From Nitrospirota bacterium (GTDB lineage: Bacteria; Nitrospirota; UBA9217), in assembly GCA_963663225.1 (NCBI GenBank), contig OY760142.1, positions 1,508,509 to 1,572,508 on the forward strand: a stretch of DNA of 64,000 bases, given 5' to 3'. How positions within the stretch are numbered: position 1 is the stretch's first letter; the number at the start of each line of letters is the position of its first letter. A program made the position numbers and the translations under genes. Below the pieces are notes generated by a model. The model did not search any database. It had not been told where the DNA came from and worked only from the letters and a program-made list of their open reading frames with translations. Shown one piece after another: positions 20,785-30,952 of this stretch.

Positions 20785-22290
20785 ATGTCATCCGAGATCA
20801 TCGTAAACGCGGGCCGGGAAGAGACGCGCGTGGCCCTTACAGACAACGGTCTGGTTACGGAAATATATATCGACCGTAAAAAAGACCGCGGCGTTGCCGG
20901 CAATGTATATAAAGGCCGTGTCATGAAAGTGCTGCCCGGCATGCAGGCTTCCTTTGTGGACATCGGACTTGAAAAGTCCGCTTTTCTTTACGTGGGGGAC
21001 GTTTTTGACAGCACCTCGGAATATACCCCGATGATGGACGATGAAGGACTTGAGCTCGAGGTTGAGCCGAAGCGAAAGCGTGCATATGCCACCCAGATTG
21101 AAGACCTGCTTCAGGAAGGGCAGGAGATCCTCGTGCAAGTTTCGAAAGAGCCGATCAGCACCAAAGGCGCGCGGGTCACCACCTACATCAGCATTCCCGG
21201 CCGGTATCTGGTCATGATGCCGGGTGTCAACCATATCGGTGTTTCGCGGCGGATCGAAAACAGCGAGGAGCGAAACCGGCTCCGTGAAATCGTGGGCAGG
21301 CTCCGGAAACCGAACACGGGTTATATCATCCGGACTGCGAGCGAGGGCAGAAGCGAAGAGGATTTTACCGCAGACATCGAGTTTCTCGGCAGATTATGGG
21401 AGAATATTCAGCGGAAAAAAGAACGGACGTCCGCCCCAGCGCTCATGCACAATGAGCTTGACCTCGTTTTCCGCATTATACGGGATATCTTCACCCGGGA
21501 TGTGGACAAAATGATCATCGACTCGTCCGAAGAATACCAGCGAGCAAAAGAATTCATCGATTCCTACCTTCCCCAGCTCAGCAGGCGTGTAAGGCCCTAT
21601 GAGGGCGACGACCCTATTTTTGATCACTACGGTGTGGAAATTGAAATTTCACGCGCTCTTGGCAGAAAAGTCTGGCTCAAGTCGGGGGGATACATTATCA
21701 TCGACCAGACGGAAGCGCTTACCACCATTGATGTTAATACCGGACGATATGTGGGAAAGCGGACGCTGGAAGACACGATCCTGAAAACAAACCTTGAGGC
21801 GGTACGCGAAATCGCCTATCAGTTGCGGCTCCGGAATATCGGCGGCATTATTATTCTTGATTTTATCGATATGGAACGCGAGGACAACCGCCGCAAAGTA
21901 TATTCGGCTCTTCAGGAAGCCCTTGCCATCGACAAGGCAAAAACGACCATATCCCATATTTCACCGATCGGGCTTATAGAGATGACCCGCAAGCGGATAC
22001 GCGAGAGCCTGGGCAGAACGCTTTGCGAACCCTGTCCGTATTGCGATGGGCGGGGCTATATTAAATCGGCACGGACAATCTGTTACGAGGTTTTCCGGGA
22101 AATCAGGCGTGCTTTTTCAAATGCGGATGAAAAGAAAGCTCTGGTGACCGTTAACTCAGTGGTCGCTGATTTGTTGTACGACGACGAGCGGCTGGGAGTT
22201 GAGGAACTGGAAAGGGAATTTCAAAAGAAAATCGTCATCAAGGCCGATCCCAATCTTCATCAAGAACAATATGAAGTCGTTATGGTCTGA
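20785..22290 (+). CDS. rng: ribonuclease G/E family endoribonuclease
   Basis: S1 domain N-terminus. RNase E/G catalytic core (DIDVNTG...IGGIIILDFIDM). C-terminal Zn-link CPYCDGRG. Confidence 0.85.
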   Translation: MSSEIIVNAGREETRVALTDNGLVTEIYIDRKKDRGVAGNVYKGRVMKVLPGMQASFVDIGLEKSAFLYVGDVFDSTSEYTPMMDDEGLELEVEPKRKRAYATQIEDLLQEGQEILVQVSKEPISTKGARVTTYISIPGRYLVMMPGVNHIGVSRRIENSEERNRLREIVGRLRKPNTGYIIRTASEGRSEEDFTADIEFLGRLWENIQRKKERTSAPALMHNELDLVFRIIRDIFTRDVDKMIIDSSEEYQRAKEFIDSYLPQLSRRVRPYEGDDPIFDHYGVEIEISRALGRKVWLKSGGYIIIDQTEALTTIDVNTGRYVGKRTLEDTILKTNLEAVREIAYQLRLRNIGGIIILDFIDMEREDNRRKVYSALQEALAIDKAKTTISHISPIGLIEMTRKRIRESLGRTLCEPCPYCDGRGYIKSARTICYEVFREIRRAFSNADEKKALVTVNSVVADLLYDDERLGVEELEREFQKKIVIKADPNLHQEQYEVVMV

Positions 22291-22341
22291 TCAGACTGCC
22301 TGAATACGGCGCAGGCGGCAGCTCCGGAAAACGGGTTTTCG

Positions 22342-22719
22342 CTACGCGCTTTTCTGCTTCAACATCGGCTCAATAACCATCCTGTCAATATCCTCCGGGC
22401 GAAACGGTTTCTCAATATACTGCACTCTTCCTTTTTTCTGCAGCAATGCTTGCAATTCCAGCGACCACGATGCCGTCATGATGATGACCGGAACGGAAGG
22501 ACACTGCTTTTGGGCATACTCAATGACAGTATATCCATCAAGATTCGGCATTACCAGATCGGTCAGAATCATATTCACGCAGTTTGATTCGAGCAGATGA
22601 ATGGCCTTCTCCCCGTCTCCCGCAGTCAGTACGGTCAAGTCGGGTACTCTTGAGCAAAGATAGGATGCAAGTGTATCGCAAAGAGTCTTATTATCATCAA
22701 CGATAAGAATGGTTCTCAT
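22342..22719 (-). CDS. single-domain CheY-like response regulator
   Basis: 125 aa with LIVDDN...DLVMPNLDG...K REC signature. Confidence 0.75.
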   Translation of the reverse strand: MRTILIVDDNKTLCDTLASYLCSRVPDLTVLTAGDGEKAIHLLESNCVNMILTDLVMPNLDGYTVIEYAQKQCPSVPVIIMTASWSLELQALLQKKGRVQYIEKPFRPEDIDRMVIEPMLKQKSA

Positions 22720-22983
22720 GGCTGTCCTATATAAGCGTATAAGAACGAATTAGTACACCTCTTTTTATTAATTAGCAAAATGGATACCAGACGGATAACA
22801 GCAGGATAATGCAGGAAATGACCGGTAATAGCAGATTGAATTGTTCCTTGGATGATTATTTTGGCTGACCCATTTTGATCAGGGATCAGAAAGGAGGCAT
22901 CAGATCAGCAGATACGGAGTTTTTCCAAAATGCACGGAATATCGGAGAGGTTTCTTGGTGCTTTGCGGTTATGTGAAGCTTTA

Positions 22984-24363
22984 CTATGAGTTGGTCTTAA
23001 TCTTTCGCTTTAACGTGGATAAGGATATTCCCAGGGCTTTTGCTGTTTTTGTAAAATTATTTCCAAGTAGTTCCAGCGCATACCGGATATGCCTTTTTTC
23101 CAGTTCATCGAGAGAGATAATTTCGTGCGAATTTGCCGGCTGTGCGTCCGGCACAGGGGCCGGAGGATTTTTTTTCTGATCAAGCAGCAGGGACGGGCGG
23201 AGTTCCGCACCATGCTGAAGCATCAGGGAGCGCTCCAGGACATTTCTGAGTTCGCGCACATTGCCCGGCCAATCATATGCCATAAGCTGCTTCTGTTCCT
23301 CGGAAGACAGGGCCGTTATTTTGTTTGCATTCAAGGTTCCCAGCAGATAGTTGGAGAGTGCCGGAATATCGCCGCGCCGCTCCCGCAAAGGCGGAAGGTG
23401 GATCTGCAGCACGCTGAGTCGATAAAAAAGGTCTTTGCGGAAGGTTTTGCCTGTAGCGCTGCTTAAGTCGACACCGGTTGCGGCTATGATACGGACATTA
23501 ACAGACCGGGCGGACGTCCCGCCCAGCTTGCGTACAAGCTTGTCATCGATCACGCTCAAAAGCTTGGCCTGCAGGTGCGGAGGCATTTCCCCAATTTCGT
23601 CGAGAAACAGGGTGCCGCCTTCCGCCATCTCAAAGATGCCCTTTCGTGACGCAGCTGCGCCGGTAAACGCCCCTTTCTCATAGCCGAACAGCTCCGCTTC
23701 AATCAATGTTTCGGGCAAGGCGGCACAGTTTATGCTGATGAACGGTGCCGAATTTCTTGCACTTTGGTAATGAATTGTTTTTGCCAGCATTGTTTTGCCG
23801 GTACCTGTTTCTCCGGTGATGAGAACCGGCGAGTCGGAGCGTGCGGCAAGCTCCTTCATTTTCATGATTTCGCCCAGATTTTCTCCACCGATAAAAACCG
23901 TTTCTGCATTTTCGCGAGTTCCTCGATAGTTCTGAAGCTGCTCATATCGTTCCAGTTCCAGAGTCCTAAGCGCTTGCCCGACCGCCAGACGCAGTGCCTC
24001 AAGTTCAAAAGGTTTTGTCAGGTAATCATATGCACCCTGCCTTATGGCCGCCACGGCATGCTCAAAGCTGGGATAAGCGGTTGCAAAAATGATTTTAGTT
24101 TGGTCGTTGTATTTCAGAATTTCGGGGCAGAGCGTGTGGCCTTCCGCGTCCGGAAGCTGCTGATCAAGCAGCACGACGTCGACTGTTTGGCGGGAGCATA
24201 CGGTGATTCCTTCTTGTGCGGTGTGTGCCGTGAGCACAGCAATTTTCCCCTTGTCAAAGTAATCTTTTACCGCCTCGGCATATATCCTGTCATCGTCAAT
24301 GACAAGTAATGTCTTTTCACCATCGCGCTGCACCACAACAGCCTCCCTCTCATTACATACCAT
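22984..24363 (-). CDS. sigma54-dependent two-component response regulator (NtrC family)
   Basis: REC (LLVIDDD...LLDQQLPDAEG), AAA+ sigma54-interaction domain (GETGTGKT, GAFTGA, ESELFGYEKGAFTGA) and C-terminal Fis-type HTH. Start placed at internal ATG; the track ORF is longer. Confidence 0.85.
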   Translation of the reverse strand: MVCNEREAVVVQRDGEKTLLVIDDDRIYAEAVKDYFDKGKIAVLTAHTAQEGITVCSRQTVDVVLLDQQLPDAEGHTLCPEILKYNDQTKIIFATAYPSFEHAVAAIRQGAYDYLTKPFELEALRLAVGQALRTLELERYEQLQNYRGTRENAETVFIGGENLGEIMKMKELAARSDSPVLITGETGTGKTMLAKTIHYQSARNSAPFISINCAALPETLIEAELFGYEKGAFTGAAASRKGIFEMAEGGTLFLDEIGEMPPHLQAKLLSVIDDKLVRKLGGTSARSVNVRIIAATGVDLSSATGKTFRKDLFYRLSVLQIHLPPLRERRGDIPALSNYLLGTLNANKITALSSEEQKQLMAYDWPGNVRELRNVLERSLMLQHGAELRPSLLLDQKKNPPAPVPDAQPANSHEIISLDELEKRHIRYALELLGNNFTKTAKALGISLSTLKRKIKTNS

Positions 24364-24627
24364 ATGCTGCTTTTTAGCTGTAGTTGGTGCAAATGTACGC
24401 GGAGGAAGCAGTTTTGTCAAGAGGAAGGATTTGCAATGAAGCAATACGGACAGAGGCCGATATAAACCCTGGGTAATTGAACTGTCACGGGAAAGCATAC
24501 GTCCATTTTGAAATAACTATACAGAAAATTCTTGATTTTTTGGCATGGTCCGATGGTTGGGAAGAAGGAGTAAATAAATTTTTTTGATAAAACTAAAAAT
24601 TGCAATAAGGGTATCAGCTCGACATAA

Positions 24628-24660
24628 GCCGGAGTGCTCCGCAGTCGCGGAGACTCCGGC
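24628..24660 (-). terminator. GC-rich stem-loop just downstream of the sigma-factor gene
   Basis: GCCGGAGTGCTCCGCAGTCGCGGAGACTCCGGC is a nested inverted repeat lying just 3' of the stop at 24677. The U-tract is weak. Confidence 0.35.
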
Positions 24661-24676
24661 ATGAACGGCTTCAGTG

Positions 24677-25651
24677 TTACAGCATTTCTTCAAGACTGAT
24701 GGTCCTGGTTGTGGTGATGTTCCTGAGCTTCTTGAGCGCCTGCTCCTGGATTTGCCTTACCCGTTCCCGGGTAATTTTGAGGGCTTTACCGATGCTGTCC
24801 AGGGTCCGTGGTTTTTCGCCGTCCAGTCCAAACCGCAATTCAATGACTTCCCGTTCAATATCGCGAAGTTCTGCAAGCCACTCATCGATATGTTTCCGTT
24901 TGCGGATTTCATCCGAGGCTTCCATGGGAGAAAAAGCTTTTTCATCCTCAAGAACGCTTTGAAGTGTGTCCTCCTCGTGATCCCCGATCAGCATATCCAG
25001 AGAATACGTTTCGCGGAGCACTTGAGACAGGCTTCGCACTTTATCGATGCTGATGTTCATTTTTTTTGCAATTTCATCCAGGCCGGGTTCACGGCCAAGT
25101 TCCTGCGTCAGGGAGCGCACTGTCGCAGAATATGAGTGTACCATGCCCGCGACATGCACCGGAAGACGAATGATCCGGGCTTGATTTACAATAGCCCGTT
25201 CGATTGCCTGTCTGATCCACCAAACGGCATACGTGCTGAATTTCAAACCGCGCTGATACTGAAACTTTTCGACCGCCCTGATAAGGCCGAGATTGCCCTC
25301 TTCCAGAATGTCGGCAAAGGGCAGCCCCCGGTTGATATATTTTTTGCCGACGGCAACCACGAGCCGAAGGTTTGATTCGATCATGGCCTTACGGGCCCGG
25401 TCATCTCCCTCGGCAATTCTTTTTCCCAAGGTCTGCTCTTCCGCAAATGTGAGAAGAGGAAAGCTTCTGATGTCTTTGAGGTAGTATTTAACTGCATCCA
25501 GGTCCTTTGCAGGGGTCCGGCCGCGTTCCTTAATCTGATCGAACTTGCTGCCTGAATCTTCGCGCGCTATTTCCATTCTCTCGTCAAGTTGAAGATCAGG
25601 TTCAAGAAAATCCGACACTGACAACTCAGGTTCCATAGTCATTGTGCTCAT
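24677..25651 (-). CDS. group-2 sigma-70 family RNA polymerase sigma factor (RpoS/RpoD-like)
   Basis: Regions 2-4 are present ([37 protein letters not shown], and [28 protein letters not shown]). Size of about 325 aa suits RpoS-like. GGAG RBS. Confidence 0.8.
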   Translation of the reverse strand: MSTMTMEPELSVSDFLEPDLQLDERMEIAREDSGSKFDQIKERGRTPAKDLDAVKYYLKDIRSFPLLTFAEEQTLGKRIAEGDDRARKAMIESNLRLVVAVGKKYINRGLPFADILEEGNLGLIRAVEKFQYQRGLKFSTYAVWWIRQAIERAIVNQARIIRLPVHVAGMVHSYSATVRSLTQELGREPGLDEIAKKMNISIDKVRSLSQVLRETYSLDMLIGDHEEDTLQSVLEDEKAFSPMEASDEIRKRKHIDEWLAELRDIEREVIELRFGLDGEKPRTLDSIGKALKITRERVRQIQEQALKKLRNITTTRTISLEEML

Positions 25652-26046
25652 TATTGTCTCCTCGTTCTTCGTTTGGAAATGCATAAAAATGCAACGTATT
25701 GTTTTTGTTTATGGTACAGGATGGTTCTGTAATTTGTTGCGGGCAATACGCTACTCTATGCAAACAGGAGGCCAAGACAAAAAATAATAAAGGATTAAAT
25801 AAATCAGTATGTTAACGAGTAAAAAGTTATAAAAAAATGCGGACCCATTCAAAATGACCTATCTATTTTGTGGTAGCATTCATTTTCAACAGTCTTTAAC
25901 AAAAATTTTTTCGCTGCATCATAAATAATGAGAGGAAATGATATCTGCATAAAATGACGCGGAGGTAATTGATGGCAAGCAGGAAGCTGTAATGGGAAGC
26001 GTTGCGTGACAGAAAGGAATTACAAATAGTGCAGCGTGGTTGTCTG

Positions 26047-26892
26047 TTACTGTGTGACGAGAATATTATCAATCAATCTTGTACGTCCCAGCCGGACTGC
26101 GACCAGTATGGCCATTCTCGGTGTGGTAGTGGAGAGCGGAGCAAGGGTCTCCGGATCGACAATTGCGATGTAGTCAATGCTGAATTTTTCTTCTTGCGTC
26201 AGTATGCGGTGCATTTCAAGCCGAATTTTCTCCGGTTCATTCATGCCTGACTTCACCAATTGTTCAGCAGCAGAAAGAGCTTTAAAAATCGTTGCTGCAA
26301 CCTGGCGCTCTCCGGTATTTAAGTACGTATTGCGGGAACTCATTGCAAGGCCATCCGTCTCGCGAATGGTAGGCTGAACGCATATTTTGACATCCATGTT
26401 CAGCTCCTGTACCATATGTTTAATCACCATGCACTGCTGGTAATCTTTTTGGCCGAAAAAAGCAGCATGGGGTTTGACAATATTGAAGAGTTTCGCCACC
26501 ACCGTTGCGACACCGCGATAATGACCCGGCCTTATGGCACCTTCCAGTATGTCGGATATGCCGTCCACCGTAACGAAAACAAAAGGTTTTTTCGGATACA
26601 TTTCCTGTGGATCGGGCATAAAGAGAAAATCAACTCCGGCTGTTTTGCACTTTAAGCAGTCTCCTTCATGATCCCGCGGATAACGGTCGAGGTCTTCCGT
26701 GGGCCCGAATTGAGTCGGATTGACAAAAATACTGGCACAGACGATATCAGATTCCTGTCGAGCCTGCCGCATGAGAGAAAGATGGCCCTCGTGCAAAAAA
26801 CCCATGGTGGGGACAAAACCGATTCTTTGCCCCTGTTTTCTGGCGGAATCTGCCAGCGACTGCATTTCAGATAGGTGAGTAATTATGCGCAT
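26047..26892 (-). CDS. panC: pantoate--beta-alanine ligase
   Basis: VPTMGFLHEGHLSLMRQAR with HIGH-like motif; the full sequence is PanC-like. Confidence 0.9.
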   Translation of the reverse strand: MRIITHLSEMQSLADSARKQGQRIGFVPTMGFLHEGHLSLMRQARQESDIVCASIFVNPTQFGPTEDLDRYPRDHEGDCLKCKTAGVDFLFMPDPQEMYPKKPFVFVTVDGISDILEGAIRPGHYRGVATVVAKLFNIVKPHAAFFGQKDYQQCMVIKHMVQELNMDVKICVQPTIRETDGLAMSSRNTYLNTGERQVAATIFKALSAAEQLVKSGMNEPEKIRLEMHRILTQEEKFSIDYIAIVDPETLAPLSTTTPRMAILVAVRLGRTRLIDNILVTQ

Positions 26893-26976
26893 AAATTTCG
26901 GCCGGACACGTGTGGTCGCACGTGCCAGCCCCGCTCCGTAGGTCGAGTTTTTTGATAAACAGATATCTCCGAATCG

Positions 26977-27402
26977 CTATTTCCCGAGCAGGTTCATAAA
27001 TGTGTCGTGGTGCTTTTCTTCGTCTGCGAGAATTTCCTCGAACAATAAGCGCGTGGTTGAATCGCTTTCCGATACTGCTTGCTTAATGATTTCCTTGTAG
27101 AGGTCAATGGCCTCTTCTTCCGCGCGTGCATCCGCTTCAAGCATTTCCTTTGTTGATGTCACTACCGTGATAGGGTCCGGCTTGGTGGTCGGTATGACAT
27201 TAAAATAGAAGAGCCGTTCGGCTATTTTCTCCGCGTGCTTCATTTCCGCAATTGCCACCTTTTCGAATACGTCGGAGAGGCCGGCTGATTCAAGCCCTTT
27301 TGCCATGACATGCTGCCACATATATTGAACACTCACCTGGATTTCCCGTGCAATGGCGCTGTTCATCATATCCGTTAGTTTGCTGCTTGCTTTCTGTACC
27401 AT
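26977..27402 (-). CDS. bfr: bacterioferritin-family (ferritin-like diiron) protein
   Basis: 141 aa with diiron ligand pattern E...EMKHAE...E...EEKHHD. Confidence 0.65.
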   Translation of the reverse strand: MVQKASSKLTDMMNSAIAREIQVSVQYMWQHVMAKGLESAGLSDVFEKVAIAEMKHAEKIAERLFYFNVIPTTKPDPITVVTSTKEMLEADARAEEEAIDLYKEIIKQAVSESDSTTRLLFEEILADEEKHHDTFMNLLGK

Positions 27403-27587
27403 GGGTATTCTCCTTTCGTATTAATACTGACGTCGCCGTTGGTGACACAACTGAAAACGGACTCTTCGTCCGCATCAGCGTTCCTGTTTGCATCGTAGCA
27501 TCAAACACCAGCGGTTTCAAGGATAAATATTTTTACAAAATGAAATTTTGTTTTGTAACTCGTGCTGTTTTGAGCGTCAGCCTCTGG

Positions 27588-29318
27588 TCATCGGCCTCGC
27601 TGGCCTTTTGTCGCAGCAGAGAGTCTCACCCGAATCGCAGGAGAGCGGTTTACTGCGCTCGCGACGGCCTTGAATGATGCAACGGAAATGTTCGAATCAA
27701 TGCCGACCCCGAAAAACTTCTTGTTGTCGATATCCTCAATCTGGATATATGCTGCTGCCAGTGAGTCCGATCCTTGTTCAAGAGCGTGCTCATGGTAAGA
27801 GACCAGCGTGAAGTCAATGTTCAACTCTTTTTTAACGGCATGACAAAACGCGTCCACCGGGCCGTTTCCCGTCCCGGCTATCCGGCATTCCGCACCGTTT
27901 ACCAAGACGGAAGCCTTTATTTCGGATACGCGTGGATGCTCTTTTTCTTTCGGCACCGGCCGCTCCCTGATTTCACATGTTTTAAACAGCAGCGGTCCGT
28001 TCGACGCAAGATATTCCTGCTCAAAAACCTCAAGGATTGCCTGGGGCGGAACCTCACTGCCTGTTTTATCTGAAACTGCCTGAATAATCCGTCCGAATTC
28101 CGGGTGCATTTCCTTCGGGAGAATAAAACCGAACTCCTTCTCCATTATGTAGGCGATGCCGCCCTTTCCCGACTGGCTGTTGATTCTGATAATGGCCTCA
28201 AAAGTCCTGCCCACATCCGTGGGGTCAATAGGTAAATAGGGAACTTCCCAAATCGGGCTCCGACTATCCTGATAGTTTTTTATTCCCTTATTGATTGCAT
28301 CCTGGTGGGAGCCGGAAAAAGCCGTATATACCAATTCTCCTGCATAAGGCTGACGTGCATGAATCTGCATCTTGGTGCATTGCTCGTAGACATCAACAAT
28401 CCTGCCGATATTATGAAAGTCAAGCTTTGGGTCAATACCCTGTGAGAACAGATTTAAGGCAAGCGTCACGATATCAACATTGCCTGTTCTCTCGCCATTT
28501 CCGAACAGTGTTCCCTCGACCCGGTCTGCGCCTGCCATCAGGGCGAGTTCGGTGGCGGCGACCGCCGTCCCTCTGTCATTATGAGCGTGGAGGCTCATCT
28601 CAAGCGTGTCGCGGTTTTGAAGATGTCTGCACATCCATTCGATTTGATCGGCATACACATTGGGTGTTGCCATTTCGACAGTGGAGGGAAGGTTCAGGAT
28701 CATTTTGTTGTCGCGCGTAGGCTGCCAGACGTCCATCACGGCCCGGGAAATTTCCAGGGCAAACTCCAGCTCGGTTCCGGTAAAACTTTCCGGTGAATAC
28801 TCGTAGAAAATCTTTGTGCCGGAAATTTTTTTCGTCTCGTCCCTGATCAGACGGGCGCCCTGCACCGCGATATTCAGAATTTCCGATTTTTCCCGGCGAA
28901 ATACAACCCGGCGCTGCAGCTCAGACGTCGAATTATAGAGATGCACAATAACTTTATTTGCCCCGCGGACTGCCTCGAATGTTCTTGTAATCAGGTGCTC
29001 CCGTGCCTGGGTCAATACCTGTATGCACACATCATCAGGAACAAGTTTTTTTTCAATGAGCAGCCGGGTAAAATCATATTCAACTTGCGATGCTGAGGGA
29101 AATCCGACTTCTATTTCCTTGAATCCCATCTGCACAAGCAGATTGAACATGTCCAGCTTTTCGTTGAGGCTCATCGGGGTGGCTATTGCCTGATTGCCGT
29201 CCCTGAGGTCCACACTGCACCAGCGTGGCGGGTGCGTAATGGTATTGGAAGGCCATTGCCGGTTCGGGAGGTCAACCTGAGGAGCCGGCTTATATTTGCG
29301 AGCTGACATGTTATTCAT
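27588..29318 (-). CDS. leuA: 2-isopropylmalate synthase (long, LeuA2/actinobacterial-type)
   Basis: WCSVDLRDGNQA, FKEIEVGFPSASQ, HxH metal site (LHAHNDRGTAVA), and a C-terminal regulatory domain. Start at MNNMSARKY with AGAGAGG RBS; the start coordinate is uncertain by a few nt (29309-29318). Confidence 0.9.
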   Translation of the reverse strand: MNNMSARKYKPAPQVDLPNRQWPSNTITHPPRWCSVDLRDGNQAIATPMSLNEKLDMFNLLVQMGFKEIEVGFPSASQVEYDFTRLLIEKKLVPDDVCIQVLTQAREHLITRTFEAVRGANKVIVHLYNSTSELQRRVVFRREKSEILNIAVQGARLIRDETKKISGTKIFYEYSPESFTGTELEFALEISRAVMDVWQPTRDNKMILNLPSTVEMATPNVYADQIEWMCRHLQNRDTLEMSLHAHNDRGTAVAATELALMAGADRVEGTLFGNGERTGNVDIVTLALNLFSQGIDPKLDFHNIGRIVDVYEQCTKMQIHARQPYAGELVYTAFSGSHQDAINKGIKNYQDSRSPIWEVPYLPIDPTDVGRTFEAIIRINSQSGKGGIAYIMEKEFGFILPKEMHPEFGRIIQAVSDKTGSEVPPQAILEVFEQEYLASNGPLLFKTCEIRERPVPKEKEHPRVSEIKASVLVNGAECRIAGTGNGPVDAFCHAVKKELNIDFTLVSYHEHALEQGSDSLAAAYIQIEDIDNKKFFGVGIDSNISVASFKAVASAVNRSPAIRVRLSAATKGQRGR

Positions 29319-29373
29319 AATGCCTCTCTTTAAAAGAAATCGTACAAGGTTAATAATCAAACGTACTGAGTGC

Positions 29374-29408
29374 AAATAAAAAAGCCACGGTAATTTTCCG
29401 TGGCTTTT
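29374..29408 (-). terminator. intrinsic-terminator-like hairpin plus U-tract in the leuA 5' region
   Basis: On the minus strand: AAAAGCCACGG-AAAATTA-CCGTGGCTTTT followed by TTATTTG, about 56 nt upstream of the leuA start. Confidence 0.45.
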
Positions 29409-29665
29409 GTAGGGAATCCAGTGTTTTATTTCTATCAGCACAAGTGAATAGAATTTCTCCCCAGCCACGGCAAGTTGAGTTCTGCCGCCAAACGAGCGAG
29501 TTTAAGATTGAGGAGGAATACATCTATCATAAGTTGATATTAAGGCAACGCATGACTGGTGTCAAGAAAAATATGCCTTCATCGGAGCAAAAATCATAAA
29601 GCGAGTTGTCGCACGTCCGAAAAAAAGCAATCCTGTGCATGCAACGAAAATGCATCCGTACTCAA

Positions 29666-30289
29666 TCATTGAACCTGAGGAAGCAGTTTTTGGACGTCAT
29701 GAAAAAGCTTTGCTGTAAAGCCTGCTTTGCTTGCCGGAAAGGGGACGAGACAGGTCAATGTGCCGCCGGACAGCAGGGAGTACCCGAGAAAGATAGAAGC
29801 CATGTCCTCATGAATATATTCGGCAACATGGCTTGGGATATCAGAGCGCTGAGAATTATGGCTTATGATTTTTTCACGAGACAACTCATCTATAAACCGT
29901 TCTGCAAATGAATAACAAGGTCCGTACCCGTGAAACTCCAGATCAGCAGTAACAACATAAGTCAAGAAGGTCCATGGCAGAGTGGCAGCCGATTCTACTC
30001 GTTCAGTAAATTTCCCCAGGCGTAATTCAGAAAGCAGCAGCTTGCCGATTGCCTTGATTTCGCTGCAAGTATTTCGCGTGGACAGGAGGAGGTCCAGCGC
30101 TTTGACGGGCTGTGCTTCTAATCCGTGATCTGCAATACAGTCTTTGATTTTTTGGATTTCGATGGTGTCGAAACCGTTCGCTTCCCGCTGGTTTACCGCA
30201 TCCATCGCCTGGTATGCATCAAGATAAAAGTTGATATTTCTGGCAGGAATATGTCCTGCCAATTCGAGTAAATATTGCCCGGAGTTCAT
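29666..30289 (-). CDS. hypothetical protein
   Basis: ORF of about 207 aa at moderate GC. No recognisable family by eye. Start uncertain. Confidence 0.4.
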   Translation of the reverse strand: MNSGQYLLELAGHIPARNINFYLDAYQAMDAVNQREANGFDTIEIQKIKDCIADHGLEAQPVKALDLLLSTRNTCSEIKAIGKLLLSELRLGKFTERVESAATLPWTFLTYVVTADLEFHGYGPCYSFAERFIDELSREKIISHNSQRSDIPSHVAEYIHEDMASIFLGYSLLSGGTLTCLVPFPASKAGFTAKLFHDVQKLLPQVQ

Positions 30290-30952
30290 AATTTTTACCA
30301 ATCTGTGCAAATAACGAAGCTGCCGTAGCTTGCCTGTTCAGTGCAGGAAAAGTTTGAAATTGATCATCCGTTATGATCGAGATTGCGAGATACTCCGGAA
30401 TCAGTTATATAGCAGTTGTTTCTCTAGAGATGAAGGGAGCTCACATGATAAATGAATTTTCTAATCTTACAAGGAGGAGTTTTTTCTGTCAAGAAGTTTA
30501 AGCATAGATTGACACACTGCCTGCTCAAAGTAGCAGCATATTGCATTAGTATGTAAATAATTTCAAATTATAACATTATGCAATACTGGCAAATTGGTTT
30601 TTAGGTGAATACTGATTTAAAAAAACTGTCAGATATTCAGGGAGAAACCCGCCAGTGAATACATAAAACTGCGAGTCATTCTTTCAAGTTATATTATCAA
30701 TAATTTTCTTCCTGTCTTCCACACTTATCATGGCTGAGGAGTTTTAGTAATCGTTACACAGTAAATCTTAAATTCATTAATGTAATATTATGCAATCTTC
30801 TGTAGACAAAAAATTTCAATGTAAATATAAACTTTGGCTTGCAACTTTTTTTACGCTGTGCTAGTTTTCATAGAGGTATACTTATATGCAAAGTTATAGT
30901 AAATTGATAAAACAGTACACGCTTATTCAATTCAATTATTTGGAGGAGAGAA

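Noticed and set aside
29334-29345. Apparent one-nucleotide disagreement between my hand translation and the track's continuous ORF 27588..29468 near 29340
   Set aside because: Most likely my own reading error at a line junction. It lies in the non-coding leader upstream of the real leuA start (about 29318) and does not affect any call.
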